A stretch of DNA of 64,000 nt, taken from a virus. A program made the translations under genes and the position numbers. This document shows, piece by piece, positions 46,755 through 56,725 of the stretch (positions are counted from its first letter, which is position 1; each line of letters opens with the position of its first letter). The stretch is taken from the IMG/VR virus record IMGVR_UViG_3300044908_000026, positions 4,030 to 68,029 of that record; one strand, written 5' to 3'. The notes below the pieces were generated by a model. The model was given only the letters and a program-made list of their open reading frames with translations, ran no database searches and was not told the origin of the DNA.

Positions 46755-47687
46755 TTAGCTGACGTAACTGTATCCGTTCATCAACGGGTAATCGATCCGG
46801 CGCGGCCTGTACCGCTGCGGTCTTACTGGAATACCCTGTTTGGCTTTGAGCATGGGAACGATCAAAGCACGAAGAAACCCGCCGCCTCCGTCCGCGACTC
46901 CGCTTTCCCCGTAAGCGTCCATGCGCAACTGCGGACCCATCGGCAGCTGCCGCTTTGGGCTGAAGTGCGCCGCCGTCGCCGTTTTCAGGAAATTCAATTC
47001 GCGCCCGTTGGCGAAACCAATCACACCCGAAGGGGGAGGGTCTTCGCCCGCGTAGTACTGAATCCAAAGCTGGCGAACCTCGCTCGAGCCCTGAAACCAG
47101 AGGATATTATCCTGCCAGCACCAGAACCCGAGCGTCTGACCAACAGGGCCGGATGGAATACTCTGCTGGGGCAGCATCGGGATAAAGCTATCCGCAGACG
47201 ACATCACGGTGCCGCCCGTGCCGTTCGACCCGCACACAATCGAACCGTTCAGCGTAAAGGCCGTTGGACTCGTCACTGTGATGAGCCAGTCCCGATTGAT
47301 CCAGCCAGGCACGCCCTGCACGCCGTTCAGTTCCGCCCGCGAGCTCGTATTCAATCCGTGCGGAGCCGCCGTCGTGACGGTCTGCGGAGTTCCATCGGTG
47401 GTCGAGGTAATCGCCACGCTTGAAACGGAACCGCGCTCCCAAATCTTGTACGGCTCATCGAAGTCCGTCACCCCAAGGGCACTCGGAAATAGCGCGCCGG
47501 TATTCGCGGACAGACTGAAATAAACCTCGCGCTGAATCACCGGCAACTGGAGTTTGATCGACAGGTCCATCATCTCGCCGTAAGAGGTCTGAAAGTCGTC
47601 GATGATTTCCTGCGTAATCTCGCCGCTCGCGTCCCCAAGCGCGGACTGTGCGCCGGTTAGTATATCCTGGACGGTGCAATCGCTCAT
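46755..47687 (-). CDS. Head-tail adaptor with inserted beta domain
   Basis: TVQDIL..A...LGD N-terminus; TVTTAAPHGL insertion; synteny. Confidence 0.6.
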   Translation of the reverse strand: MSDCTVQDILTGAQSALGDASGEITQEIIDDFQTSYGEMMDLSIKLQLPVIQREVYFSLSANTGALFPSALGVTDFDEPYKIWERGSVSSVAITSTTDGTPQTVTTAAPHGLNTSSRAELNGVQGVPGWINRDWLITVTSPTAFTLNGSIVCGSNGTGGTVMSSADSFIPMLPQQSIPSGPVGQTLGFWCWQDNILWFQGSSEVRQLWIQYYAGEDPPPSGVIGFANGRELNFLKTATAAHFSPKRQLPMGPQLRMDAYGESGVADGGGGFLRALIVPMLKAKQGIPVRPQRYRPRRIDYPLMNGYSYVS

Positions 47688-48217
47688 TGACGCCTCAATC
47701 GCGCGATCATATCTGACTGCGACGCCTTCAGCGGAATCCGCGTCTTTTTCTCGTTCTTGTCGGAAAACATCACGTGATCGACCCGCGCGCTCTTACCGGC
47801 CAGTGAATCACCATCTTTCTCGGCCAGATGCCGCCCCATCCCCTTTTTCACATAAGCCAGCGTGACATGCGGCTTGAAGTCTGGAAATGTGCTCGTGTTC
47901 TCAGTTCCGTTCGAGATCGCGTGATGGAGTTCGTGCAACTGCGGCGAATCCACTTCAGCCTTGACCACATCGCCGTGTCCTGAATCGGGGAAATGAGATG
48001 TGCGCCCCATTCTGATGTCGAACTGAGGGTGCCTCGATACGATGCCCCTAACCGTACTCGGATCGTCTGAATGCAGGCCGTACTTCACCGTGACATGCGG
48101 CTCCGTCTCTCGCCCCTTATCCACCAGCGCCCAGTCCGGTATCTTCGCCGCCGCGCGCCGGACGTGATCGGCCAGCGCGGGCGGTAGATTGAACTGGGTT
48201 GAGGCGAGAGAGGCCAT
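47684..48217 (-). CDS. 2H phosphoesterase, Acb1 (anti-CBASS)-like
   Basis: Two HxT motifs: EPHVTVKYG and KPHVTLAY. Confidence 0.8.
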   Translation of the reverse strand: MASLASTQFNLPPALADHVRRAAAKIPDWALVDKGRETEPHVTVKYGLHSDDPSTVRGIVSRHPQFDIRMGRTSHFPDSGHGDVVKAEVDSPQLHELHHAISNGTENTSTFPDFKPHVTLAYVKKGMGRHLAEKDGDSLAGKSARVDHVMFSDKNEKKTRIPLKASQSDMIARLRRQ

Positions 48218-48218
48218 C

Positions 48219-49040
48219 TTATGCCGCTGCGATCTCCATCACTTCGTTGTAGCGGCCCGGATCGACGTTCTTGTTCACCCACTCGAACGCATCCTTGCCG
48301 ACCTTCACGTTGACCGCCTGGCACGTCGCGCAGAACTTCGCGCCGACCGGCAGGATGTTCGCGCAGAAGGGGCACTTGTCGATCTTTCCGAAGGTCGTCT
48401 GATCCATCCACGGATCGCCCGCCGGATCGAGCCCCATCCATACTGCTGCTTTCTTGAATCTGACCTCGTTGTAAGCCTGATCGCGAGTTTTTTCGTTCGC
48501 GTACAACTTCCGCGCCTGAAGGACTTGACGCTCGCAATACCGGTACTCGCGGCGCTCGTAACGCTTCACCTCGGCGGCGAACTCCGGGAACTCCTTGCGA
48601 AGTGCATCGGTGCCCCATATCTCGCGAAACCGCGCATACTGAGCCTTCGTGCGCGGGCAATCAGGGGCGGCGGCGATCCAGACGGCCGGCAGAATCGTTT
48701 CCGAGTCCGCAGGCTCCCCGCCGGAGCCGCACCGCACGAGATCGTTGGCGATCTGGCGGGCAGTCGTCGCGCGATGGCTCGGCTCCCATCTGCCATATCC
48801 CATGTATTTTTTTTCAAACGCATCCCCGATGATGTGGATGCAGGGACAGTCCTTGGCGGTTTTGACCTCGGCGATGTGGTAGGTGTGCGAATAGCCTTCC
48901 TCTTTTTTGGTTTGGTAGGCTCGCCACTCTTTGATTTCGTTGAAGTGGTAGTTCACCAGCGGCAAGAGGTGCCCGATGTCTGGCGACAGTTCAGTGAAAA
49001 TGCTCCCTGCGGGAGCGTCCGCTACTGCTAAATTGCTCAT
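48219..49040 (-). CDS. Hypothetical protein with C-terminal zinc ribbon
   Basis: CPFC..CATC; RBS GAGGAG. Confidence 0.65.
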   Translation of the reverse strand: MSNLAVADAPAGSIFTELSPDIGHLLPLVNYHFNEIKEWRAYQTKKEEGYSHTYHIAEVKTAKDCPCIHIIGDAFEKKYMGYGRWEPSHRATTARQIANDLVRCGSGGEPADSETILPAVWIAAAPDCPRTKAQYARFREIWGTDALRKEFPEFAAEVKRYERREYRYCERQVLQARKLYANEKTRDQAYNEVRFKKAAVWMGLDPAGDPWMDQTTFGKIDKCPFCANILPVGAKFCATCQAVNVKVGKDAFEWVNKNVDPGRYNEVMEIAAA

Positions 49041-49047
49041 AGTCTCC

Positions 49048-49635
49048 TCATCCTTGCTTTGTCAGCGGGACCGAATACGATCCACCCCGTGCGCCTGGCA
49101 CATGATAGGCGAAGTCGTCATCAATCATGTCGCGAATCTGCTGATCCTGCTTCTGATCCCGCTTCTCGGCCCGCTCGAACATCAGCTTCAGCGTCTTGTG
49201 ATAGCCCAAATCCATCTGCCACAAAATCTGCTCGGCGCACTTGGCCGACATCTCTTCGGTCGGCTCCACGCCTACATCAATCGGATACACCGAAAACCAA
49301 TACCCGTCCCTCGGATAAGCGTTGATCTTGCCAAACTTCTCGATCCACTCATCCTCGGAACACTCCGGCTCCGTCCACCGCGCCAAGCACCACTGCTCGA
49401 CCGGATACAACGGACGTTGCAAGCGCCACTCGCATACCGGCACCTGCTCCTTGAAGCACTGCGTATGGTCCAGCGACCAGTGCTCGATCTCTTTCGTCCC
49501 CACGCGCTCCAGCACCATCAACTCGCCCGACGGCTTCCACTGAAACATGGACTGCCCCGAATACTTCCCGTAGGGTATCGAGGCAGTCCAGTCCTGGAGG
49601 ATGCGGTTCAGGCGAACTAGCGTCTCAGTCGTCAT
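49048..49635 (-). CDS. Hypothetical protein downstream of the capsid gene
   Basis: ORF track; synteny. Confidence 0.6.
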   Translation of the reverse strand: MTTETLVRLNRILQDWTASIPYGKYSGQSMFQWKPSGELMVLERVGTKEIEHWSLDHTQCFKEQVPVCEWRLQRPLYPVEQWCLARWTEPECSEDEWIEKFGKINAYPRDGYWFSVYPIDVGVEPTEEMSAKCAEQILWQMDLGYHKTLKLMFERAEKRDQKQDQQIRDMIDDDFAYHVPGARGGSYSVPLTKQG

Positions 49636-49641
49636 CCGCGA

Positions 49642-50976
49642 TCAATATCCGTAATCGCTAGTAGGTGTACTCAGACCTGTGATGAGCCCGTTCAACATTG
49701 GGTTGATGTTCGCGTAATTGAGCGTCGAAATCAGGTAGAACAGATCCCCGAAGGCGTACCCCGCGTTCGTGCTGGTCGCGGTCATCGGGAAGAACATGTC
49801 CCCCTTGAGGTCGCGGTAGAAGTCGGCGCCTGGCTTGTCGAGATACACGCGCAGCCAAGTGTCCACGTTCGGATAGTCGATGCGATCTGACCCCTGGAGC
49901 AAGTCCTCATAGTGAGTGACATCGCCAAAGGACACGCCGTCCTCTGTGGTCGGAAACGGATCGATCTGCGGTTGCTTGACCGCGTCGCGCAGGTAGAACT
50001 GCATCGACTGCACCTGGGCGCTCATCTGCGCGAGCTGGTGAGGGGATGCCAAGCCGATCAGTTTCAGGACCGACTGATTTCCGCCACGGACTTTGATGAG
50101 GTTCTTCAGCGCGAAAATCTGCTGGGCGTTGATCGTGCCACCGCTGGTGATCGCCGATGGATTGATCGAAGGATAAGTGGTGCGCGACAGGCCCAGGTAG
50201 CTGCCGGAGGTCGCAGTGGTGTTGGTGTAGTACAGACCATCGGCCCATGCTTCTGTCGGACCTGTTGACACCGCACCGCCCAAGAACAGTAAATCTCCGT
50301 TCTGAACGGTCACCGAACCCATGTTGGTCAGGGTCACTTGCCGCGATGCTCGATTGATCGAAAACACGCGAGGCAAATTGTCCGGGCTGACAGCGGAGGT
50401 GCGCCATGTGGAAGCTCCGGTAGAATCCGTGACTTCCACATCCAAACCCTCGATCAGCAGCCGGGTGCCGAACTCGGGGTCCATTGTGAGCGTCTGGTTT
50501 CCGCTCGACACCGCGCCAGCCGTGGTGACGATTCCGATCTGGCCGTTGTTACCGCCGAGGTTGTGGAAGGTCACATCCTCGCAACGCGCCATATTCGGCG
50601 CGCCGTCTTTCATCGTTTCCTTGAAGACGTTGACGACGGACTGATCCGTAGTCTGCGATCCGACGCGCGACGCGTAGGTCATCTGGAAGCCCATCTTCAC
50701 AGCGAAGTAGGTCTGGATGAACTGCGCTACCGCGAACCCGGTGCCCAATCCGGTGTTTCCGCCGTCAAGATTGGCCGCGCCGAACTTGCCGGCCGGTTGA
50801 GTCTTCAGCGGAATACGGAAGTCGTCCGCATTTGTCGTCTTGGTGATGCGGTAGGATTCCGTCCCCTTCATGACTCGCTGGACGGCGAGGTTCGAACTTT
50901 TTTGGTAAATCTCCGGCAACACGCCCTTACGCAGGGTTTCGATGTTGGCGTTCAAAATGTCTGTTAACGCTTGCAT
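49642..50976 (-). CDS. Major capsid protein
   Basis: About 444 aa after portal and scaffold; YLGLSRTTYP motif; RBS AGAGGA. Confidence 0.8.
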   Translation of the reverse strand: MQALTDILNANIETLRKGVLPEIYQKSSNLAVQRVMKGTESYRITKTTNADDFRIPLKTQPAGKFGAANLDGGNTGLGTGFAVAQFIQTYFAVKMGFQMTYASRVGSQTTDQSVVNVFKETMKDGAPNMARCEDVTFHNLGGNNGQIGIVTTAGAVSSGNQTLTMDPEFGTRLLIEGLDVEVTDSTGASTWRTSAVSPDNLPRVFSINRASRQVTLTNMGSVTVQNGDLLFLGGAVSTGPTEAWADGLYYTNTTATSGSYLGLSRTTYPSINPSAITSGGTINAQQIFALKNLIKVRGGNQSVLKLIGLASPHQLAQMSAQVQSMQFYLRDAVKQPQIDPFPTTEDGVSFGDVTHYEDLLQGSDRIDYPNVDTWLRVYLDKPGADFYRDLKGDMFFPMTATSTNAGYAFGDLFYLISTLNYANINPMLNGLITGLSTPTSDYGY

Positions 50977-51086
50977 GGCTTTCCTCTGAGAGCGGCGCAC
51001 ATGGCGCGGCCCGAGATGCGCAAGCTAAAGACTAGCCGTCGTACCGGAGAAAAACCTAGAAGTCTTGTGGATAGCGAGAGGGCCGA

Positions 51087-52406
51087 TTACCAGTCCTTAA
51101 ACGCTTCTCCAAAAGTCTTCGCATTCTTCATGATCGCCGCTTTCGCGTCGATGCCATTCGCCGCCGAAGGAGCAATCCCGTTTGCCGGTAGTTCGTTCGG
51201 AGCGCTGGTACGTGCTCTGTCGTTCGCTGCTGTGGCCTGCTTGACTACGGCGACGCCCCGTCGATTCAAGATAGCCCTTGCGTTTTCCGCGAGGACTTGC
51301 TTGGCGATGGATCGCCGATATGCCGCGACTGCGGCAATACTCTCAGGAGTGCGCAACAGATCGGCTTCTCTGCGAAGCCCATCACGCTGTTCCTTCCATA
51401 CCGGGTTAGCGTCTTCCGCGTCCCGGATGGATTTGACCAATTCCTGTTCAATCAGACCTAGGGTAGCTGCCCCATCGGGCAGCTTTTCGTAGCTGGGGCG
51501 CACGCTATTGACCATAGCGGCGACTTCCTCTTGCCATCCCTGATTCTCCGCGCTGTCGATCCAGTTATCCCACGCGATCTTGTTAGCAGCGCGGTCGGCG
51601 GCTTCCCGCGCCGCGACTGCGGCTTCGCGTGCCTGAATCGACTGGCGCTCTTGCGCTACTGGATCGACCGTGATACCCTTCAGGATTTCATCGGTGGGCT
51701 CGTGCCTGCCCTTGCCGTCCGCAGATGTCAACTCCATCTGAAGCCGCTGGATTAAGTACACGCGCTGTTCGCGCAGTTTTTCATCAGTCGTTTGCCGCGC
51801 CCGCTCTTTCAGCCCTTCGATCAGTCGCGCATTGAAATTACTTCGCAGGAAGTTGAAAGCGTCCGGCTCGACAGCGGCGAGCTTCAGCGCGGCTCGAATT
51901 GCCAAAAACCCGAACGCCTTCGGGTTATTCTGCTGAAGGAACGTGGCGAGGACAATGTCGTCAAGGGTTTTGCTGGCTGTGACTTGATCTTGCGTAGGAA
52001 CCGCCAGGTAAGACGTAATCAGCAGATCGGCGGCATTTGCCTTTGATAATGCAGCTTCAATCCGGCCACCCGCTTCGCAATCCTTGATCGTTACCCCTGG
52101 GAAGAGTTCCTGAAGGGCCTTGACAAGATCATTGGCGGCAAATAACTGCTTGGCTTTCTTGGCCCTTAGCGTGATAGTCGCGCCGTCAGAAGAAGGCGTT
52201 CCGTCGGCTGCGCTGACGGGCTCGGCGAGATCCTGTGTGTCCGCAGGGACGATGGTGGATGCGTCGCCAGCGGGGACTATCGCCGTATCAGGAGCAGTTT
52301 CGACAACCACAGGAACGGATGCGAAAGCGGCGTCGATGGACGAATTGAAATCGGACGGCCCGGTTGCTGGAACGTCTACGACTGCTACTGCTGATTCATC
52401 GGCCAT
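51087..52406 (-). CDS. Capsid scaffolding protein
   Basis: Acidic disordered N-terminus, helical; lies between portal and capsid. Confidence 0.65.
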   Translation of the reverse strand: MADESAVAVVDVPATGPSDFNSSIDAAFASVPVVVETAPDTAIVPAGDASTIVPADTQDLAEPVSAADGTPSSDGATITLRAKKAKQLFAANDLVKALQELFPGVTIKDCEAGGRIEAALSKANAADLLITSYLAVPTQDQVTASKTLDDIVLATFLQQNNPKAFGFLAIRAALKLAAVEPDAFNFLRSNFNARLIEGLKERARQTTDEKLREQRVYLIQRLQMELTSADGKGRHEPTDEILKGITVDPVAQERQSIQAREAAVAAREAADRAANKIAWDNWIDSAENQGWQEEVAAMVNSVRPSYEKLPDGAATLGLIEQELVKSIRDAEDANPVWKEQRDGLRREADLLRTPESIAAVAAYRRSIAKQVLAENARAILNRRGVAVVKQATAANDRARTSAPNELPANGIAPSAANGIDAKAAIMKNAKTFGEAFKDW

Positions 52407-52449
52407 GAAAAATCAACTCTACTCTCTTTTGTTTTGGAATGCAAGTCTC

Positions 52450-54870
52450 TCATTGCAGAGGCAGTCCTCCAGTATCCATCCCGGTTGGTGCTCCGGGCGG
52501 CATCATCGAAGGCGCTCCCGGCGTCAGCGGGTCACCCGGAGGTGGCAATCCAGCTTGCTCATGGGCCGGTTTTAATTGGTGCTGGTGGACCGCCACGTCC
52601 ATCTTGTTGATCGTGTCGAGCGATGGACCCGCATTCGGCGGGAAGTCTATTCCGTATTTCTGGAGGACCGCCATCTCCTGCTCGCTCGGAGCTTTGTCCA
52701 AGGCCAATGTCATCGAAAGCTTCGGCGGAGGCATCGGCGGCGGCGGCGGTACAGCGGCTTGCTTCGCGGCCATCAGATACGCCCGTACGTTCGCATATCC
52801 CGGCGTCAGTGCGCGCGACTGCCCCTTGAGCAAAGCGGACTGGCAGAGGCTAACCACAATGGCCGGCGGGAACACGACCGGATCGAGCGGAATCGAAGGC
52901 TGAGGAGGCGGAGTCGGACCCGGCAATCCCGTGGTCGGATCTGGCTGCGCCGACTGCTGAATCGGAGCGCCGTTCCAAAGCTGATCGATCACGTCGCGAA
53001 TCGCCTCAGCAGCTTCGAGGTCTGGATTCTCCAGGTCTGGGAGATCCAGGTACGCCGTCATCGCCTCGAAGTTAACCGGGTCGAAAATCTTGAGATTCGT
53101 AGTCAATTGCGGATTGTTCGTAATCATCTGCAAGAGATCGGCTTGCCGCTCGGCGAACGTGCGCGGCATGACCGTTCCCCCCTTGATCGTCCAAGACGAA
53201 TTGCGGATCAGATCGAGGTCGATTGTTTGACCGCCGAACGATGGATTCGATTTGGCAGTCTTAATGTAGAGGTTGACCGAGTTCGTATCCGCCTCTTCGT
53301 AGAAGTGCGTCATGTTATTGGCGACGGTCCCCAACTGCATGAGTCCCTGCGTCAACATCATTCGCGCCTGCCCAAGCGTGAGATTCGGCGGCATCGCGCC
53401 CCACAACTGCTCGGGCAGACCTAGCATTTGCTGAATCAACTCATCCACCACCACCATGAAAGGCGCAAGCGCCTGAGAGGGGTCGTCGCCCTGCAACTTG
53501 TAAGCTGCGTTGGAGAATCCCTCCCCGGCTTTGGGAATCCCCTCGATAAACATTTCCGGCGAGTAGCGCAACTGATTCATCGACTTCGCGTCGAAATAAT
53601 CGGGGTTGAGCAACCAGCGGGCAATCGCGCACTCAAACGTATCGGCCGCGATATTAAGCATGTTCGAGTAGAAGTCATCGAGGCCGAACATGCCCCACGA
53701 AATCCCGTCCGCAAAAACGTAATCCGACATCGACGGGAGGCAGGCACAAAAACGCTCTCGGAAATCCTCGCGCTTCAGGACAATCGGCACGCCGGCGGCC
53801 CGGACGAGTTTGAGGCCGTCGGGATACAGACTGTGAACGAGTGCGCGAGCAGTATCCTCCTCGATCAATTCCATGTCATCCGGGGAAATGTAATTCTGCC
53901 GATAACCCCAGATGTTGTCGTTCCACGCGCGCGGCGCGCCGAATTGCGATTGCGCGGAAGATCGAACCATCACGCCTGTCGCGTCTGAGGCTCCATCGCC
54001 CCCAAAGGGACTCCCGCCGCTCTTACCTACCAGTTTGCGGGCATTCGGATGCGCACGCATGATTGCGCCTTTGTGCTTTTCGCACTCCAGGATCAGTCGA
54101 GGGGATTCCTTGAAAACCTGAACGCTGAATGGGATCGAGTAGAAGTATCCGTTCAAGAGCGTGAGTTCTACCGAGGAATTGGGAACTTCGCTGGGTGCGC
54201 CTTGCACCGGCACCGTCGCCACGTTAGGAGAGCCGCACGAGGCGCACTCCGGTCCTGGTGTCGGTGCAGTTTGGTTGCAATCAAGGCATTGCTGTCCTGG
54301 GCTCACGTTGGGCACCGACGTGAACCCGAAGCGCTTGCCGTCAGTTACCGTACGGACGTGTCCGAGGGTCGTTCCGTGCTTGAACAAATAGAAAGCGAGC
54401 CGGTCGTTTATTCCGCGCAGATCGCGCTCGCCCGCGAATTTTTGCAGGAGCAAGTTGACTTGACGCGCACCGCGCCGGTCATTCTCATTCGTCGGATCGT
54501 TTGGCTCCGCGCTAGTGTTATAGAATGGCCTTCCACCAAGAGTCGAAACGAATTTGTCCCGGTAACTGCGCGTCTTTCTAGGATTGTAGTCGAGCGCACG
54601 ACTCCCGGTCTGCTGCTGATTGCCGGTCTGCACACCGAAGGTCGTCAGCGTGACGATGCCATTGTTATCAATGTTTGGCGCGATATTCTGAATACCGCGA
54701 TCAAAGGCGTCGGCACGTTCCAGTCGGAGCAGTTGGATGACCCGCTCCGCTTCATAGTCGGGGTCGATGGATTCGGTGACGAGTTTCTGAATTGCGGGCA
54801 GAACTTTAGCGAGCACATCCGGCGTGACGCCGGGATCGACTTCTATGAGTGCTAATTGTTCGTCGGTCAT
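52450..54870 (-). CDS. Portal protein
   Basis: 806 aa with Pro-rich tail; P22-like synteny after terminase; internal CxxC-CxxC insertion. Confidence 0.75.
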   Translation of the reverse strand: MTDEQLALIEVDPGVTPDVLAKVLPAIQKLVTESIDPDYEAERVIQLLRLERADAFDRGIQNIAPNIDNNGIVTLTTFGVQTGNQQQTGSRALDYNPRKTRSYRDKFVSTLGGRPFYNTSAEPNDPTNENDRRGARQVNLLLQKFAGERDLRGINDRLAFYLFKHGTTLGHVRTVTDGKRFGFTSVPNVSPGQQCLDCNQTAPTPGPECASCGSPNVATVPVQGAPSEVPNSSVELTLLNGYFYSIPFSVQVFKESPRLILECEKHKGAIMRAHPNARKLVGKSGGSPFGGDGASDATGVMVRSSAQSQFGAPRAWNDNIWGYRQNYISPDDMELIEEDTARALVHSLYPDGLKLVRAAGVPIVLKREDFRERFCACLPSMSDYVFADGISWGMFGLDDFYSNMLNIAADTFECAIARWLLNPDYFDAKSMNQLRYSPEMFIEGIPKAGEGFSNAAYKLQGDDPSQALAPFMVVVDELIQQMLGLPEQLWGAMPPNLTLGQARMMLTQGLMQLGTVANNMTHFYEEADTNSVNLYIKTAKSNPSFGGQTIDLDLIRNSSWTIKGGTVMPRTFAERQADLLQMITNNPQLTTNLKIFDPVNFEAMTAYLDLPDLENPDLEAAEAIRDVIDQLWNGAPIQQSAQPDPTTGLPGPTPPPQPSIPLDPVVFPPAIVVSLCQSALLKGQSRALTPGYANVRAYLMAAKQAAVPPPPPMPPPKLSMTLALDKAPSEQEMAVLQKYGIDFPPNAGPSLDTINKMDVAVHQHQLKPAHEQAGLPPPGDPLTPGAPSMMPPGAPTGMDTGGLPLQ

Positions 54871-55202
54871 GCCGCAGGCGTACTCTTCGCCGCGATACTC
54901 GCCACTGTCTCATGGAAGGTCTGCATCTTCCCCTGCTTCCACTCTTTCGCTCCGGTTTCTGGCGGCGGACCCTCGCGCCGCTCGCGCTGAATCTCGACCG
55001 GAAACTTCACAGCCAGCAGTCTGTTATTCAGCGCTACTTCACGATCAGAGAACTCGCGCCTCAGTTCATCGAACCGACCGCGCTCTACCTCCAGTTGCCC
55101 GCGCAGCGATAGCACCTCGTCGCCGAGGCGCACATTCTCATCGCGAAGTTGGCGATAGTCCGCGAACCACAGAAGGAATCGCTGCTGGAGATTGAGGCTC
55201 AC
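54867..55202 (-). CDS. Coiled-coil hypothetical protein
   Basis: Coupled to the portal gene. Confidence 0.55.
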   Translation of the reverse strand: MSLNLQQRFLLWFADYRQLRDENVRLGDEVLSLRGQLEVERGRFDELRREFSDREVALNNRLLAVKFPVEIQRERREGPPPETGAKEWKQGKMQTFHETVASIAAKSTPAA

Positions 55203-55879
55203 GCTTTGCTTATGTGAACCGCTTTCGTGTAACCTTGTGCCCGTGCGTCCGCTTCTTCTTTGGCATTCGCAGCCACGGTGTCAGTCAAGCCATCGCCGCT
55301 CATCACCTTCGGAAACTCGGACTGCGGCGCATCGGCTTTCTTGTCCGAGATTGCAATAGGATCGGCGGGACGGAGCGATGCACGATACAGCATCCGCGCC
55401 TGATCGGTCACGGTCGCCTCGCCAGCAAATGCTTCGATGTCGGCCTTCTTGAAGTGCTTGGCATCGACGATCATGCGCGCGCCCTGAGAGTTGGAACGCA
55501 AGGAGTCGTACAGCGAGAATCGAGAAAACTTGCCTTCGGCAAACCGATCCGAGATCCATGCGACCATTTCCGCCGCATCGCTCGATGAGTGCGAGAGGCC
55601 GGGGAACTCCGCGAGATAGCCGTCCTTGCGGGCCTTCGCTTCATCGTCGGCGCTGTTCACTTCGACAGACACGCCGTCGGCCTTACTGAGGGTCTTGGGG
55701 TAAACGTCGCCCGGATTGGTCAGCGCCTTCGCGATGAATCGCGGCCCGTCCGTCTTGACTTTACCTTCCCAATCCGCCTTGACGGTTTGAAAGTGCGCTT
55801 CGCTGCCCGGTTCAGGCTCCGTGCTTGCCAACGGCCCGGAAACGCCGTGCGGTGTTGATCTCAATTGTGTTGCGTCCAT
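55199..55879 (-). CDS. Hypothetical protein with duplicated (Y/F)PK...EE..A...GY domain
   Basis: RBS AAGGAG; two internal copies. Confidence 0.65.
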   Translation of the reverse strand: MDATQLRSTPHGVSGPLASTEPEPGSEAHFQTVKADWEGKVKTDGPRFIAKALTNPGDVYPKTLSKADGVSVEVNSADDEAKARKDGYLAEFPGLSHSSSDAAEMVAWISDRFAEGKFSRFSLYDSLRSNSQGARMIVDAKHFKKADIEAFAGEATVTDQARMLYRASLRPADPIAISDKKADAPQSEFPKVMSGDGLTDTVAANAKEEADARAQGYTKAVHISKA

Positions 55880-55932
55880 GTTGTTCTCCCTTGTGCGGCC
55901 AGAGGCCGGTTATATTTTTCGGCGCGGGATTA

Positions 55933-56160
55933 TTACCCCGCGTAAAACAATCTCAATCTGTGGTCAAAATCTTGTTCTGCCTGCTCGAATTGCTCCACTG
56001 AGATAATCTCCGCTTTTGGGTTATTGCGCATTACGACGGCGGTTGCGCTTGGGACGAGCCGACGAACCTCGCTACGAATGAAATCATCCCACGACTGCGC
56101 TCCAGCACCGACGGATTCCGTGTACTCCCGCAATAGCAGTTTCTTGAGTTCTTCGATCAT
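55933..56160 (-). CDS. Small hypothetical protein
   Basis: ATGA coupling. Confidence 0.5.
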   Translation of the reverse strand: MIEELKKLLLREYTESVGAGAQSWDDFIRSEVRRLVPSATAVVMRNNPKAEIISVEQFEQAEQDFDHRLRLFYAG

Positions 56161-56366
56161 GTTTTCTTCAATCTTGCGATCATCGCGTGTGCTTTCGCGT
56201 CGATGGTTTGTTTCTGACTTTCGGTGATATTGCCAGCGTGAAGCGCGCGGCTTGAACCCGACAGAGCTGCGCGGGCATGATTGGGGTCATTAATCGGAAA
56301 GCGACCGCTGGTAAGGGCGAACTCGCTCGAAGGAATTTTCTCGCGATCTGCGGCACTCAGTTTCAT
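56157..56366 (-). CDS. Small head-region protein (DUF6582-like)
   Basis: R..IP.S.FA...RFPI.D..HARAALS motif. Confidence 0.7.
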   Translation of the reverse strand: MKLSAADREKIPSSEFALTSGRFPINDPNHARAALSGSSRALHAGNITESQKQTIDAKAHAMIARLKKT

Positions 56367-56725
56367 TGCGGCGCTCCCGGCGGCATTCCGCCCATCGGCG
56401 GTCCTTGTGGCGAGGTCCCTGCTCCGTCATGCTGCTTGCCCGGCCTAAATTCGCAGCAATAATCGGTAGGATCGACCATGCTCCAATCACTTGAATGCGG
56501 CGGGAAACGTTGGCACCTTCCGCTCGATGGCGCGAAGGCATAGCACGTCGCGCACGAATCTCCGCTGGTGTCCTTCTCGCCCGCATCGTCCGCGTCAGGT
56601 TCTCGATCTGGCGGAGCGAGCGGCCCTGGTCCGTCCTTGTCGTCGGGCTTGCCAGCGATAATCAGCAGACCTTTTTTGGGCGGTCCCCCAGGTGTCATTG
56701 CAATCGTCCCCCTTGCTTCAGCCAT
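56363..56725 (-). CDS. Small protein with 4-Cys metal-binding domain
   Basis: CATC..GRC..YCCEF. Confidence 0.6.
   Translation of the reverse strand: MAEARGTIAMTPGGPPKKGLLIIAGKPDDKDGPGPLAPPDREPDADDAGEKDTSGDSCATCYAFAPSSGRCQRFPPHSSDWSMVDPTDYCCEFRPGKQHDGAGTSPQGPPMGGMPPGAPQ

Noticed and set aside
52576-54855. Long + strand ORFs opposite the portal gene
   Set aside because: Antisense shadows typical of high-GC coding DNA
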